Shown one piece after another: positions 26,441 through 34,556 of a stretch of 51,263 nt of DNA (position 1 is the first letter of the stretch; each line of letters begins with the position of its first letter). The DNA is from a virus. Location: the IMG/VR virus record IMGVR_UViG_3300010232_000005. One strand, 5' to 3'. Made by a program: the position numbers and the translations under genes. The notes below the pieces were generated by a model that saw nothing but the letters and a program-made list of their open reading frames with translations, had not been told where the DNA came from and made no database searches.

Positions 26441-26692
26441 TTACGACCCGCTGCACGATCCGCACAAACCGTCGTTGAGAACCGTGTTCGCCGCTAACCA
26501 TTTCGCGGGGTTGCGGTCGGGCGTGTCGTGAAACGCGCCACATGACGGGCATCGAAGGTCGTCGCCCGTGATATATACCGGCCGTCGGTGGTCGCCGATA
26601 TAAACGGGAACACGCGGGTCGTGGTCGCCCGACGTCGACGTTAGGAATACCGCAAGGCCCGCCTTGCTAAATATCCGGTCGGCCCGTGTCAT
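26441..26692 (-). CDS. Small zinc-ribbon protein (MTRADRIFSK...CPSCG...CGSC)
   Basis: The acidic/neutral C-terminal part of track ORF 26441..26962. The Arg-rich upstream part was rejected. Confidence 0.5.
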   Translation of the reverse strand: MTRADRIFSKAGLAVFLTSTSGDHDPRVPVYIGDHRRPVYITGDDLRCPSCGAFHDTPDRNPAKWLAANTVLNDGLCGSCSGS

Positions 26693-26697
26693 GGTCG

Positions 26698-27111
26698 TTA
26701 GTCGTCGCCCCAATCGCCGCCATATCGAAGCCTGCGGGCGGGCGTCATGTTCCCCGACCCCTTTGCGGGGTCGCCGTTCGTGCCGGTGCAATACGAACAC
26801 GGCGGGCGGTGTGACACGTCGCGGGTCGTCGATAACATGAAGTCGACGGCGGATTCGTCGCCGCCGCGAAGGGCACACACGGGGCGGGGTTCCGCGTCGT
26901 CGTGGTCGGCGTCGACCACCTTGCACGGCCCCGGTTCGTCGGGTTCGGTGTCGGCGTACCACACGACGTCGCCGTCGGCGTCGGTAACGGGTTCATGTGC
27001 CGCCCGCCCATGCGTCGACCGTGCCCGGCACGCGACTTCGTCGCCGTCGTGGTACACGTCGGTCGTTATACAGTTCCTACCGTCGTCGTCGGAAGTGCTT
27101 GCTTTCGCCAT
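26698..27111 (-). CDS. Hypothetical Cys-containing protein
   Basis: 137 aa, preceded by the GGTGCGACACACC box in its 5'UTR. Confidence 0.55.
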   Translation of the reverse strand: MAKASTSDDDGRNCITTDVYHDGDEVACRARSTHGRAAHEPVTDADGDVVWYADTEPDEPGPCKVVDADHDDAEPRPVCALRGGDESAVDFMLSTTRDVSHRPPCSYCTGTNGDPAKGSGNMTPARRLRYGGDWGDD

Positions 27112-27112
27112 A

Positions 27113-27167
27113 GGTGTGTCGCACCGTACACGCTACAATACCCCCACTGGGTATAAATATATACTGG
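27113..27167 (-). promoter_or_regulatory. Variant module: TATA (TTTATAC) plus the GGTGCGACACACC box used as a 5'UTR
   Basis: Gene strand: atatatttatacccagtgggggtattgtagcgtgtacGGTGCGACACACCtATGgcg. Confidence 0.55.
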
Positions 27168-27303
27168 TCGTGAACAAGACCGGCGTTAGCCATAGCCTGC
27201 GGCCCGCATATTCGGCGTGTACTACGTCGTGACGGCTTCGACTGTTCCGCGTCGTATGGGTCGTGGATCGAAAAGAGTCGTCGCGTGGCGTGCGTCGGGC
27301 CGC

Positions 27304-27483
27304 CTATTGGGTGGGGAAGCCCGACGTACGTTCTAAGCCACATTCCCGACACCCGGCTTCAAGGATAAAGGCCGGCAAGCCGTCGGCGTCGAAGGTAAAG
27401 GCGATATTGAATGCGACGCGGTCACTTCCGCACGACGGGCATTCCGCCCTACCGGTAAAGTCGAATTCGTCGTTTCCCGTCAT
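27304..27483 (-). CDS. Zinc-ribbon protein (CPSCG...CRECG)
   Basis: Start at ATG 27483 (MTGNDEFDF) with ATGA overlap to the upstream stop. Confidence 0.55.
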   Translation of the reverse strand: MTGNDEFDFTGRAECPSCGSDRVAFNIAFTFDADGLPAFILEAGCRECGLERTSGFPTQ

Positions 27484-28094
27484 TCGTCGGCCCCGTTCCA
27501 TGCGATACTGGAACGGTCTACCGCGTCGTTAACGACGGCGTCGCCGAAGCACGACCGGGCGACGACTTCGACCGCCGCCGTGTTCCGGTCTTCCCGTTCC
27601 GATTGGGCAAACATGGCCGCTAATATGGCGGCTTTGGTGTCGTCTTGCGGTCGCGTCTTCGAATCGTACAGGTATTCGACCGGCACCCGCATTAGCCGAC
27701 CCGCCGGGAAGTCGTACGTCTTGTCGGCGGGGTCGTGCCGCACGTCCCCCGGCTTCGTCGGAAGGTACACGCATTCGAAGACGGTGTCGTCGGGCGTCAC
27801 CGGAAGGTACGGGTGTGCCTTGTACGTCGTTAGGTCGAAGTCTTCGCGGTCTTCCCAATACGCGACACACGTTTCGGCGACCGACCGCCGCACGAAGACG
27901 GGCCGGTGGTACACTAAGTCGATAGCGACGTCGCGGCCTTCGACCGTGCGGTTATGTTCCGCAAGTTGGTCGGCGATTTGTTCGCGGCCGTCGCGTTCGG
28001 CGTCGTCGAAGTCGTGGTCGACCGCCCCGGACGGGGCGTCGGACGGTTGGTTAGACATAGTTTTCCGTGGGGTAATCGTCGTTTGCTTCGACAC
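27480..28094 (-). CDS. Hypothetical acidic protein
   Basis: 204-aa ORF. An alternative start is at 28058 (MSNQPS). Confidence 0.55.
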   Translation of the reverse strand: MSKQTTITPRKTMSNQPSDAPSGAVDHDFDDAERDGREQIADQLAEHNRTVEGRDVAIDLVYHRPVFVRRSVAETCVAYWEDREDFDLTTYKAHPYLPVTPDDTVFECVYLPTKPGDVRHDPADKTYDFPAGRLMRVPVEYLYDSKTRPQDDTKAAILAAMFAQSEREDRNTAAVEVVARSCFGDAVVNDAVDRSSIAWNGADE

Positions 28095-28641
28095 CGCTAA
28101 ACAGAATTACGGTGACGTGCGTTTCCGCGTCGATTGTATCGTCACCGTACAATTCCCGGAGGGTTAGCACAAGGTCGGCGACGTTATCGTCGCCGGGTTC
28201 GTGCCGACCGATTCCGAAGTCGCACACCTGTTCGACGGGAAGGTCGATATACGCTTCGACCGTCGCTTCGGCGAACTTGTCGCCGGCTTCGTCGACTAAC
28301 GCGACTTCGGTACCGGGGTCGAACGTTCGTTCGAACCCGTATCGCACGGTCGCCGTCTTGTTATTCGTTAGAATCAGGGCGATATAGCGGTCGGCGAACC
28401 GAAGGTATCCGTCGGTCGCGTACCGCACCATGTCGACGACGTCTTCGTATTCGTGCGACGCGTGGTACCGAAGCGAAAACTCGAATTCCGCAAGGTCTTC
28501 CGCGTCGGGAATGTCGTTCGTCGTCGACGCCGCCGTGATAGCGACGTCGTCCGATTCAAGCCCGTCGGCAAGCCGCCGAAGGGCGTCGGCCATGCGGTCG
28601 GTATCGACGTCGATACCGCCAATATACTTTCGTCGTGTCAT
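28051..28641 (-). CDS. Hypothetical acidic protein
   Basis: 196-aa ORF downstream of the promoter at 28689-28705. Confidence 0.55.
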   Translation of the reverse strand: MTRRKYIGGIDVDTDRMADALRRLADGLESDDVAITAASTTNDIPDAEDLAEFEFSLRYHASHEYEDVVDMVRYATDGYLRFADRYIALILTNNKTATVRYGFERTFDPGTEVALVDEAGDKFAEATVEAYIDLPVEQVCDFGIGRHEPGDDNVADLVLTLRELYGDDTIDAETHVTVILFSGVEANDDYPTENYV

Positions 28642-28688
28642 GTGTTCGGTGCCGCTTCCCGCGACACACGAAATACTATCGGGGGGTT

Positions 28689-28705
28689 GGTAAAAGCGTG
28701 CCGGT
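28689..28705 (-). promoter_or_regulatory. Consensus promoter ACCGGCACGCTTTTACC
   Basis: The plus strand reads ggtaaaagcgtgccggt. Confidence 0.5.
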
Positions 28706-28727
28706 AAATATCTGTTTAGTAGCGGGT

Positions 28728-29570
28728 TTAGAAATCGCTTAGTTCGGGTGTGTTTCTAACGGATTTGGGGTCGTAATTCATTATCAATCGTTCTTTTCCC
28801 TCAAACTGGCTTTCGCCGTTTTGGGACAGTCGAAGGGAATAGTTTTGTTCCCGGTCAATACAAGCAAAGCCTTCGAAGCCGTCGGGTATCTGCTCACCGT
28901 ACGAAACCGCCCAGTCACCGTCTAAGTCGGACAATTCCGACGCGAAATAATCATGGTCGAAGTCGTCACCGTCGCCGTCGGTGTCGTAATAATTTCCCGT
29001 GACTTCCGGGTACGGCGGGTCGAAATAGAATACGGTCGTGTCGCGGTCGTATTTGTCGACCAATCCTTCCCAATCCATACATTCAATATTGACGCCCCGA
29101 AGCCGTTCGGCGAATTCTTCTAACCCTTCGACGGCACGTTCAAACCGATCCGAACGGCACGACCCCGACGACGGGGATATAGCGACCGCATACGACACTT
29201 TTCTTTGAATGCGGGCACCCCACGCCGTATAGCGAAGGTAAAAGAATTTGCCCGCACGTTCGACGTCGTCGTCCGGTCGCGTGCCGGAATACCATTCTTC
29301 CGCTATGTCTTCGTACAATTCGCGGGAATAAGGTGTTAGACGAAGCCAATTAAGCAATTCTTCGGTATCGTCGCGTAATATCTTAAAGAAATGCGGTATG
29401 TCCCCATTCAAATCATTATAGACTTCTATCTTAGAACGCGTTTTTGAAAATAGAACCGCACCTGAACCGCCGAATACTTCGACGTAACAGTCCGCTTCGG
29501 GAAGGTGGTCGATAATCCATTGTGTATATTTTGACTTTCCGCCGGGGTACGGAAACGGTGTCTTACCCAT
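28728..29570 (-). CDS. N6-adenine DNA methyltransferase, D12/Dam class
   Basis: FPYPGGKSKY, YVEVFGGSGAVLF (AdoMet-binding) and FYFDPPY (catalytic DPPY). Local GC is lower (about 47% in the line sampled). Confidence 0.85.
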   Translation of the reverse strand: MGKTPFPYPGGKSKYTQWIIDHLPEADCYVEVFGGSGAVLFSKTRSKIEVYNDLNGDIPHFFKILRDDTEELLNWLRLTPYSRELYEDIAEEWYSGTRPDDDVERAGKFFYLRYTAWGARIQRKVSYAVAISPSSGSCRSDRFERAVEGLEEFAERLRGVNIECMDWEGLVDKYDRDTTVFYFDPPYPEVTGNYYDTDGDGDDFDHDYFASELSDLDGDWAVSYGEQIPDGFEGFACIDREQNYSLRLSQNGESQFEGKERLIMNYDPKSVRNTPELSDF

Positions 29571-29590
29571 GCGGTTTGATAGGTATGAGG

Positions 29591-29608
29591 TTACAAAAGC
29601 GTGCCGGT
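29591..29608 (-). promoter_or_regulatory. Consensus promoter ACCGGCACGCTTTTGTAA, with its CTTTT element starting 27 nt upstream of the methyltransferase ATG
   Basis: The plus strand reads ttacaaaagcgtgccggt. Confidence 0.5.
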
Positions 29609-29630
29609 AGATTTCTGAAAAGTAGCGTCG

Positions 29631-29957
29631 TTAGTCGTCGCGTTCGGGAACGAAGACGACGGCACCGTCGTCGTCGCGGTATTCGGCGGGTTCAAGGTCG
29701 AACCAGTCGGCGACGTCTTGAAGTGCTTCGTGCGTCGCTTCGTCGAAGGCGTCGGGGTCGTGTACGTCGACGTCACGCCCGAAATACACCGTCACGGCGT
29801 CGACCTTCCGCCCGTCGTCGAAGCGGTGGGTGCCGACGCGTGCGGTTTCGGTCGCTTCGGTGACGCGTTTCCGTTCGGGCATGGATTGATAGGGGTGCCC
29901 GCATTTGAAGGCGGAACGGGCGTCGACGACGACGTCGTCGAATTGGTCGTCGAACAT
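29631..29957 (-). CDS. Hypothetical acidic protein (MFDDQFDDVVVD...)
   Basis: The acidic part of track ORF 29631..30074. The ATG lies 2 nt after the upstream stop. Confidence 0.55.
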   Translation of the reverse strand: MFDDQFDDVVVDARSAFKCGHPYQSMPERKRVTEATETARVGTHRFDDGRKVDAVTVYFGRDVDVHDPDAFDEATHEALQDVADWFDLEPAEYRDDDGAVVFVPERDD

Positions 29958-29959
29958 GA

Positions 29960-30160
29960 TTACCGCCCCCCGTCGCGGCGTGCCTTCATGTCGCGGGCTT
30001 CGGCGTCGTGAACCGACTTTTCGCGTCGGGCGTGAATGTCTTCCGGGCCGTCGTTCATCCGGTCGTACGCCCATGCGACGGCGGAATTATTTGCCCGCTT
30101 GTAATCGTCGTCTTGTTCGGCGATTCGGTCTTCAATCGTTCGGTCGGTGTGTCGCACCAT
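29960..30160 (-). CDS. MVRHT-class small protein (66 aa)
   Basis: MVRHTDRTIEDRIAEQDDDYKR... Confidence 0.6.
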   Translation of the reverse strand: MVRHTDRTIEDRIAEQDDDYKRANNSAVAWAYDRMNDGPEDIHARREKSVHDAEARDMKARRDGGR

Positions 30161-30234
30161 ACCCTATCTTACGTTCCCAGGTACATAAGTGTATCGTTGT
30201 ATATCGGTGTGTAATCCACCGACACATTTATTAC
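30146..30234. promoter_or_regulatory. Divergent promoter region: MVRHT module copy 3 (minus) and CACCGACACATTTATTAC (plus)
   Basis: ggtgtgtcgcaccat...ggtacataagtg on one side and caccgacacatttattac (30217-30234) on the other. Confidence 0.6.
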
Positions 30235-30334
30235 TACCCGGTGCGTATTACAAATGTGGTCGGGGCGACCGACCCCGGCGGCTTGCCCGGCACGTTCCCG
30301 GTGCTTGTCGTCGACACGTTCCGCAAGGGAAAGC

Positions 30335-31171
30335 ATGAACGAACACACCGATACCCCCGACGACCCGGGGAACGACGAAGGTGTATCGCTTACGAAAGTA
30401 GACGTCGAATACCTAACCGACTTCGAACGACGGCACACCATACCGTCGTGTGATTTCGTCACTATCGGGTACGATTCGTCGTATTCCGACGACGACGTGT
30501 CTACGAAGCGAGTTGAAAACCCGAACCACCGGAAGACGACCGGCACGGGTGACAGCCCACGTATGCGGTCGAACCTTGTCGGCAAAGACGCCGACGGCGA
30601 CCGCTATATCGGCTTGTCGGGGTCGACTGTTCGAACCGACAAATCGTCGGGCCGGATTGGTACCCTTCTATGGGTCGCGTATCCGGCACCCGAACCGCCG
30701 AAGACGACGTACCGCGTCACCTTCCGGGCGTTAGCTCGTGGGGTTCCCAGAAACGTCGACGTCGACGCCGCGACCGAATACGTGGTCGATGCGTACCATC
30801 ACGACGACGTCGAAGCCCCGCCCGAAGACGAACGGCGGGTCGAAGACGTGCCGGAAAAGCCGGCACTAAACAACGGCGGCGTTCAAACGCGGCGACGGGC
30901 ACTAATCGACGTGCCGGTCGTACGCACGTTCGCCGACGAACGCTTCGACGACGTCGACGAAATGGTCGAACACGTGCGGTCGACCTTCGGGTCGTCTTCG
31001 TCGTCGTGGTACGACACGCTTGCGTACCGCGACGAACTACCCGACGCCGATTCCGACGCGAACAAACGCGACCGAGGCATGGGTTCGCCGTCGTACGTTC
31101 GGGAAAACACCCGGTACATGGTCGAAGACGTCGAAGTCGACGTCGTCGACACCCACGGGGGCGAAGCATGA
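30335..31171 (+). CDS. Hypothetical acidic protein
   Basis: MNEHTDTPDDPGNDEG... The alternative leaderless start at ATG 30254 lies 27 nt after the start of the TTTATTAC element but adds 27 basic/Cys residues. Confidence 0.55.
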   Translation: MNEHTDTPDDPGNDEGVSLTKVDVEYLTDFERRHTIPSCDFVTIGYDSSYSDDDVSTKRVENPNHRKTTGTGDSPRMRSNLVGKDADGDRYIGLSGSTVRTDKSSGRIGTLLWVAYPAPEPPKTTYRVTFRALARGVPRNVDVDAATEYVVDAYHHDDVEAPPEDERRVEDVPEKPALNNGGVQTRRRALIDVPVVRTFADERFDDVDEMVEHVRSTFGSSSSSWYDTLAYRDELPDADSDANKRDRGMGSPSYVRENTRYMVEDVEVDVVDTHGGEA

Positions 31172-31617
31172 CGGACGACGAAGTCGAATTCGTCGACGAA
31201 GTGCCCGGCACTATCATGTCGAAGGTGGGAGTCGTTACCCGTAAAACACCGAAAGACGACCCCGGCTTCGCCGTGAATATTCTTCCCGCCGGGGCACCGC
31301 CCGGATTCACCGAAAAAGTAATCCAGTGGTTCGAAGACCGATACGACGTCGACCGCTTCGAAGACCGCGAAACAATCGGCGTGGTAATCGTCGACGCCGA
31401 CGACCCGTCGACCGTCTTCCCGGTCGGGCGGTGGGATACGGTCGCGTTCCGAACCGATTCGGTCGCCCCCGACGTCGGGAACGACGACGAAGTCGTCCAA
31501 GGCGGCGTCGCTATGGTCGGGCGTTCCGGCACGCTTCGCGTTCGGGGCGTCGGTGCCGTCGACGTCGAACCCACCGACGTCGTCAAAGTCACGAAGCGAT
31601 ACGCTGACAAGGAATAG
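31168..31617 (+). CDS. Hypothetical acidic protein (MTDDEVEFVDEVPG...)
   Basis: ATGA overlap with the upstream gene. It is the acidic tail of track ORF 30670..31617. Confidence 0.55.
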   Translation: MTDDEVEFVDEVPGTIMSKVGVVTRKTPKDDPGFAVNILPAGAPPGFTEKVIQWFEDRYDVDRFEDRETIGVVIVDADDPSTVFPVGRWDTVAFRTDSVAPDVGNDDEVVQGGVAMVGRSGTLRVRGVGAVDVEPTDVVKVTKRYADKE

Positions 31618-31631
31618 ATGGTAAAATAGGG

Positions 31632-31682
31632 CCTATCGGACCTTTTTCGAACGAGCGAATAGCCGGAGGGCTTTCCGATAGG
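31632..31682 (+). terminator. Oligo-T run (31643-31647) inside a 9-bp inverted repeat, a candidate terminator of the plus-strand operon
   Basis: cctatcgga (31632-31640) pairs with tccgatagg (31674-31682). ccttttt begins 24 nt after the stop codon. Confidence 0.35.
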
Positions 31683-31705
31683 GTAATTATTCCGGCTTGT
31701 AAGGT

Positions 31706-31757
31706 ACCGACACACTTTTGTACCCATGTTCCGTACGGGTTCACATGGTGCGACACC
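31706..31757 (+). promoter_or_regulatory. MVRHT-type module, plus-strand variant (copy 8)
   Basis: ACCGACACACTTTTGTACCCatgttccgtacgggttcacATGGTGCGACACC. Confidence 0.6.
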
Positions 31758-32161
31758 ATGACGACATCGACGAATCTACCTTCGCGGTCGGCGTGACGTG
31801 CCGGCGGTGCTATGCGTCTTCGACCATTCCCGTCGACGACGTCGAACACTTCGGCCCCGCCTTCGTATGGGCGTGCCCGGCGTGTTACACCGACGACGCC
31901 GACGGGTACGACTATACTATCGCCGACACGTACGAAGTCGACGGCGTAGTCGTAGCGACCGACGGCGTCGAACCTGTTCATTCCGTCGACGATCACTCCG
32001 ACGACGGCGACTTGCTTACCGACACCGAACGCGGCGACGTCGTCGCCGTCGAAGTCGAAGGGGCGTCATGTGCCGACCGTGCCCGCGAACGCGGCGTCGC
32101 CCGTGGCACCGTGACGAAGACGGTCGCCCGTGCCCGGCGGAAGATTCGGGGCGACGCCTAA
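31745..32161 (+). CDS. Zn-finger plus sigma-70-region-4-like HTH protein (MVRHH start)
   Basis: CRRC...CPAC, then the C-terminus CADRARERGVARGTVTKTVARARRKI, similar to the ECF sigma region 4 / small-terminase HTH pattern (GxS.GTVKSRL.RAR.KL). It is convergent with terL and the stop codons overlap. Confidence 0.5.
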   Translation: MVRHHDDIDESTFAVGVTCRRCYASSTIPVDDVEHFGPAFVWACPACYTDDADGYDYTIADTYEVDGVVVATDGVEPVHSVDDHSDDGDLLTDTERGDVVAVEVEGASCADRARERGVARGTVTKTVARARRKIRGDA

Positions 32162-33663
32162 CGCTTTTCGACCGTCGTCCCCGACGATTCGCCCGACCCG
32201 CCGGAAGCACCCGTTACCGATTCGGTATAAATAGCGTATCGTAGGCCGTCGAGTGCGTGGTCGTCGACATTTGATCCGCCGACGTCGTCTTCCGTGTACG
32301 ATAGGAATTCGCCGATTAGGTTTTCGCACCGTTCGGCGACAAGTAAGCCGTACCGGTCGTCGTGATCGGCCCGAAGCCGGTGTCGCACTTCGTCGATCCC
32401 TGCGTCTAAGTCCTTGTCGGCTTTCCCCGCACGGTAGCCCGACGGCGGGTCGTCGATATTGGTTAGTTCGGGCCGGCGGAATTTCCGAATGTCCCCCGGT
32501 TCGTGTTCACAGTAGATTACCCCCCGCGGCTTATCCGTATCAGCTAGCCAGCGAATAGCGTCGGCGACGTGCGTTCCCGATTCGTACCATTCGTCGACGA
32601 CGATAAATTGGCCGTAATCGGTGCGTGCGACTTCGACAAGCACGCGGGGATTGTCCCACCCCGCGTCATACCCAAATATCCGCCAATCGCTTGATACCGA
32701 CACACGGGCGTCGTCGACGCCTTCATAGCCGCCGTCGGTGCGGCGTAGTTCGACCGTGTGCGCTTGCTTCGAAAACGGGTACACTTGCCCTTCGGCCGCT
32801 TCGAAGGCACCGTGTAACGCTTGCCGGGATTGCTTCGACGCCCCGTGGGTGCGTTCTAATCGACTTCGGTCGTCGGGCGTCAAAAACGGATTTTCTAATG
32901 ACGACGCCGTCACCGTGTAAATCCGCGACCCTAACGGATTCCCGTTTTCGTCGACTTCGGATTCTAATATCTCTTGGGCGGGGTTGTGCCCGTTCCCGGT
33001 CGTCGTTATCAGCATACACGCGGGCGGGCCGAAGTCGAAGCGTTCGGTTATCGTCTTGCGGATTCCGTGAATTCGATTCGACTTGTAATGGGCGAATTCG
33101 TCGCACCACGCAAGCGAAAACTTGCCCCCCTTGTACCGGTCGGGCTTGTCGGCCGACGCAAGTACAACCACGCTATTGTTGTATAGCGTTATCGTGCCGT
33201 CTTGCTTCGAAAATTTCTTGACGATTGGCGAATTTTCGGGGTCGCCGTCGTACAGGAACGGGTCTAATTCTTCGTGCCGGGCACCCGGTAGTTCTTCGAA
33301 TAGTACCGGGTACGTCGTCTTCTTGGCTTCGGCGTACGACGTGCCCATAGCAAGCGACCGCGTCGGTGCGAATTTCGGGTCTAACGCGGTTTGCCATACG
33401 GTGCGGGCACCCGTCACCGACTTCCCCGACCGGTAGCCGGCGACGATCCCCACAATGTCGTATTCGCCGGAATAGACGCGCCGAATCGCTTCCCGTTGCG
33501 GTTTCCAAAATCCCCATGTGATAGATAGCGACCCGTCGTCGAAGTCGACGACCCGTCCAGTGCGTCGAAGGGCGTCGACGTCGTCGTCGTCGGATAGGTG
33601 GTCGACGCCGCCGGGAACGTACAAGGGCGTACCGTCGGTCGCCGTTATCGTTGATACACTCAT
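32158..33663 (-). CDS. terL: Terminase large subunit
   Basis: Walker A GIVAGYRSGKSVTG, Walker B-like AWCDEFAHY, and a C-terminal nuclease-like half. The start was moved to ATG 33663 (MSVSTITATDG). Confidence 0.85.
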   Translation of the reverse strand: MSVSTITATDGTPLYVPGGVDHLSDDDDVDALRRTGRVVDFDDGSLSITWGFWKPQREAIRRVYSGEYDIVGIVAGYRSGKSVTGARTVWQTALDPKFAPTRSLAMGTSYAEAKKTTYPVLFEELPGARHEELDPFLYDGDPENSPIVKKFSKQDGTITLYNNSVVVLASADKPDRYKGGKFSLAWCDEFAHYKSNRIHGIRKTITERFDFGPPACMLITTTGNGHNPAQEILESEVDENGNPLGSRIYTVTASSLENPFLTPDDRSRLERTHGASKQSRQALHGAFEAAEGQVYPFSKQAHTVELRRTDGGYEGVDDARVSVSSDWRIFGYDAGWDNPRVLVEVARTDYGQFIVVDEWYESGTHVADAIRWLADTDKPRGVIYCEHEPGDIRKFRRPELTNIDDPPSGYRAGKADKDLDAGIDEVRHRLRADHDDRYGLLVAERCENLIGEFLSYTEDDVGGSNVDDHALDGLRYAIYTESVTGASGGSGESSGTTVEKR

Positions 33664-34063
33664 ACAGGTAGTTATCACACCATCCTGAAAAAGAATTCCC
33701 GACCCGGAACGACGACCGGATTCCGACCGCCGCACACACGCAATCGCCACTTTGGTCCGCTTTACCGGGTGTGTGCCGATTCATTATACGGATTTTACAC
33801 CGGGTTTGCACCCCGGCAATTCCGCACATGGCTCGCTTTCCTTACGGGCACGGTCGACACAGTAACCTCTTAACACCGACCGCATGGGTTGCGTGCATTT
33901 TCGTCGTCGGGAACCTCACCAAAGCAAATGCCACGCACCGTGGATACCGCGAAGATGTAATGCCGAACCATGAACAGATTCAACGACTATCTTCGCGGCG
34001 ATTGTGAGATTGGTCCCGTTCGGTATAACTGTGTCGGTGATTTTACAATTTTTATAATTCGTA
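33664..34063 (-). other. 400-nt non-coding region upstream of terL (promoter plus a perfect 10-bp inverted repeat)
   Basis: The promoter-like element CACCGACACAGTTATACC is the reverse complement of 34021-34040. ccgcgaagat (33947-33956) pairs with atcttcgcgg (33989-33998). Only Arg-rich junk ORFs are present. Confidence 0.5.
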
Positions 34064-34261
34064 TTAGTATGGGCGTTCGATTAGATTTCCGGCTTCGTCA
34101 CGGCGGAAAGACCGGTGCGGGTCGACCATGAACACGGAATCAGTCGAATGACGTTTGCCGCACCCGTCGCACCGCACGACGGTATTGGGGTCGCCGTCGT
34201 TCCGGTGGTACCTTGTGAACGATCCGCACCGATTGCAGTTAAGACGCAATTCCTGATACAT
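34064..34261 (-). CDS. Zinc-ribbon protein (CNRCG...CDGCG)
   Basis: 65 aa. The CTTTCC element of the consensus promoter at 34284-34300 starts 30 nt upstream of the ATG. Confidence 0.6.
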   Translation of the reverse strand: MYQELRLNCNRCGSFTRYHRNDGDPNTVVRCDGCGKRHSTDSVFMVDPHRSFRRDEAGNLIERPY

Positions 34262-34302
34262 AGGGTGCGTTTAATGTTCGTGTATGGAAAGCGTGCCGGT
34301 CC

Positions 34303-34554
34303 CTACAACGCGTTCAAGAATACATCGTATAGGAACGCGAACACGACCAACAGTTGCGTGATCGTGCCGATAAAGTACCCGCCTTTGTAGTAGTGCGGTT
34401 CCTTTTGCACGTCCTTGTTATCCGGCAAGTCGCCGGGGAAGGCGTGACGGTTACGCATACCCGCGTATAGCCCATGTGCCAAGGCGTGCGCTTCGGCGTG
34501 CGTCGACATGAAGCCGTCGCGGGGGCTATCGTCTTCGTCTTCCCCGATAATCAT
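34303..34554 (-). CDS. Small protein with a C-terminal transmembrane helix
   Basis: MIIGEDEDD...YFIGTITQLLVVFAFLYDVFLNAL. It begins 3 nt after the protease stop. Confidence 0.5.
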   Translation of the reverse strand: MIIGEDEDDSPRDGFMSTHAEAHALAHGLYAGMRNRHAFPGDLPDNKDVQKEPHYYKGGYFIGTITQLLVVFAFLYDVFLNAL

Positions 34555-34556
34555 GC

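Noticed and set aside
30254-30334. Leaderless start at ATG 30254 for the plus-strand gene
   Set aside because: Promoter spacing (27 nt after the start of TTTATTAC) favours it, but the added 27 residues are basic and Cys-rich, unlike the rest of the proteome. ATG 30335 was kept as the conservative start and the alternative is flagged in the feature.
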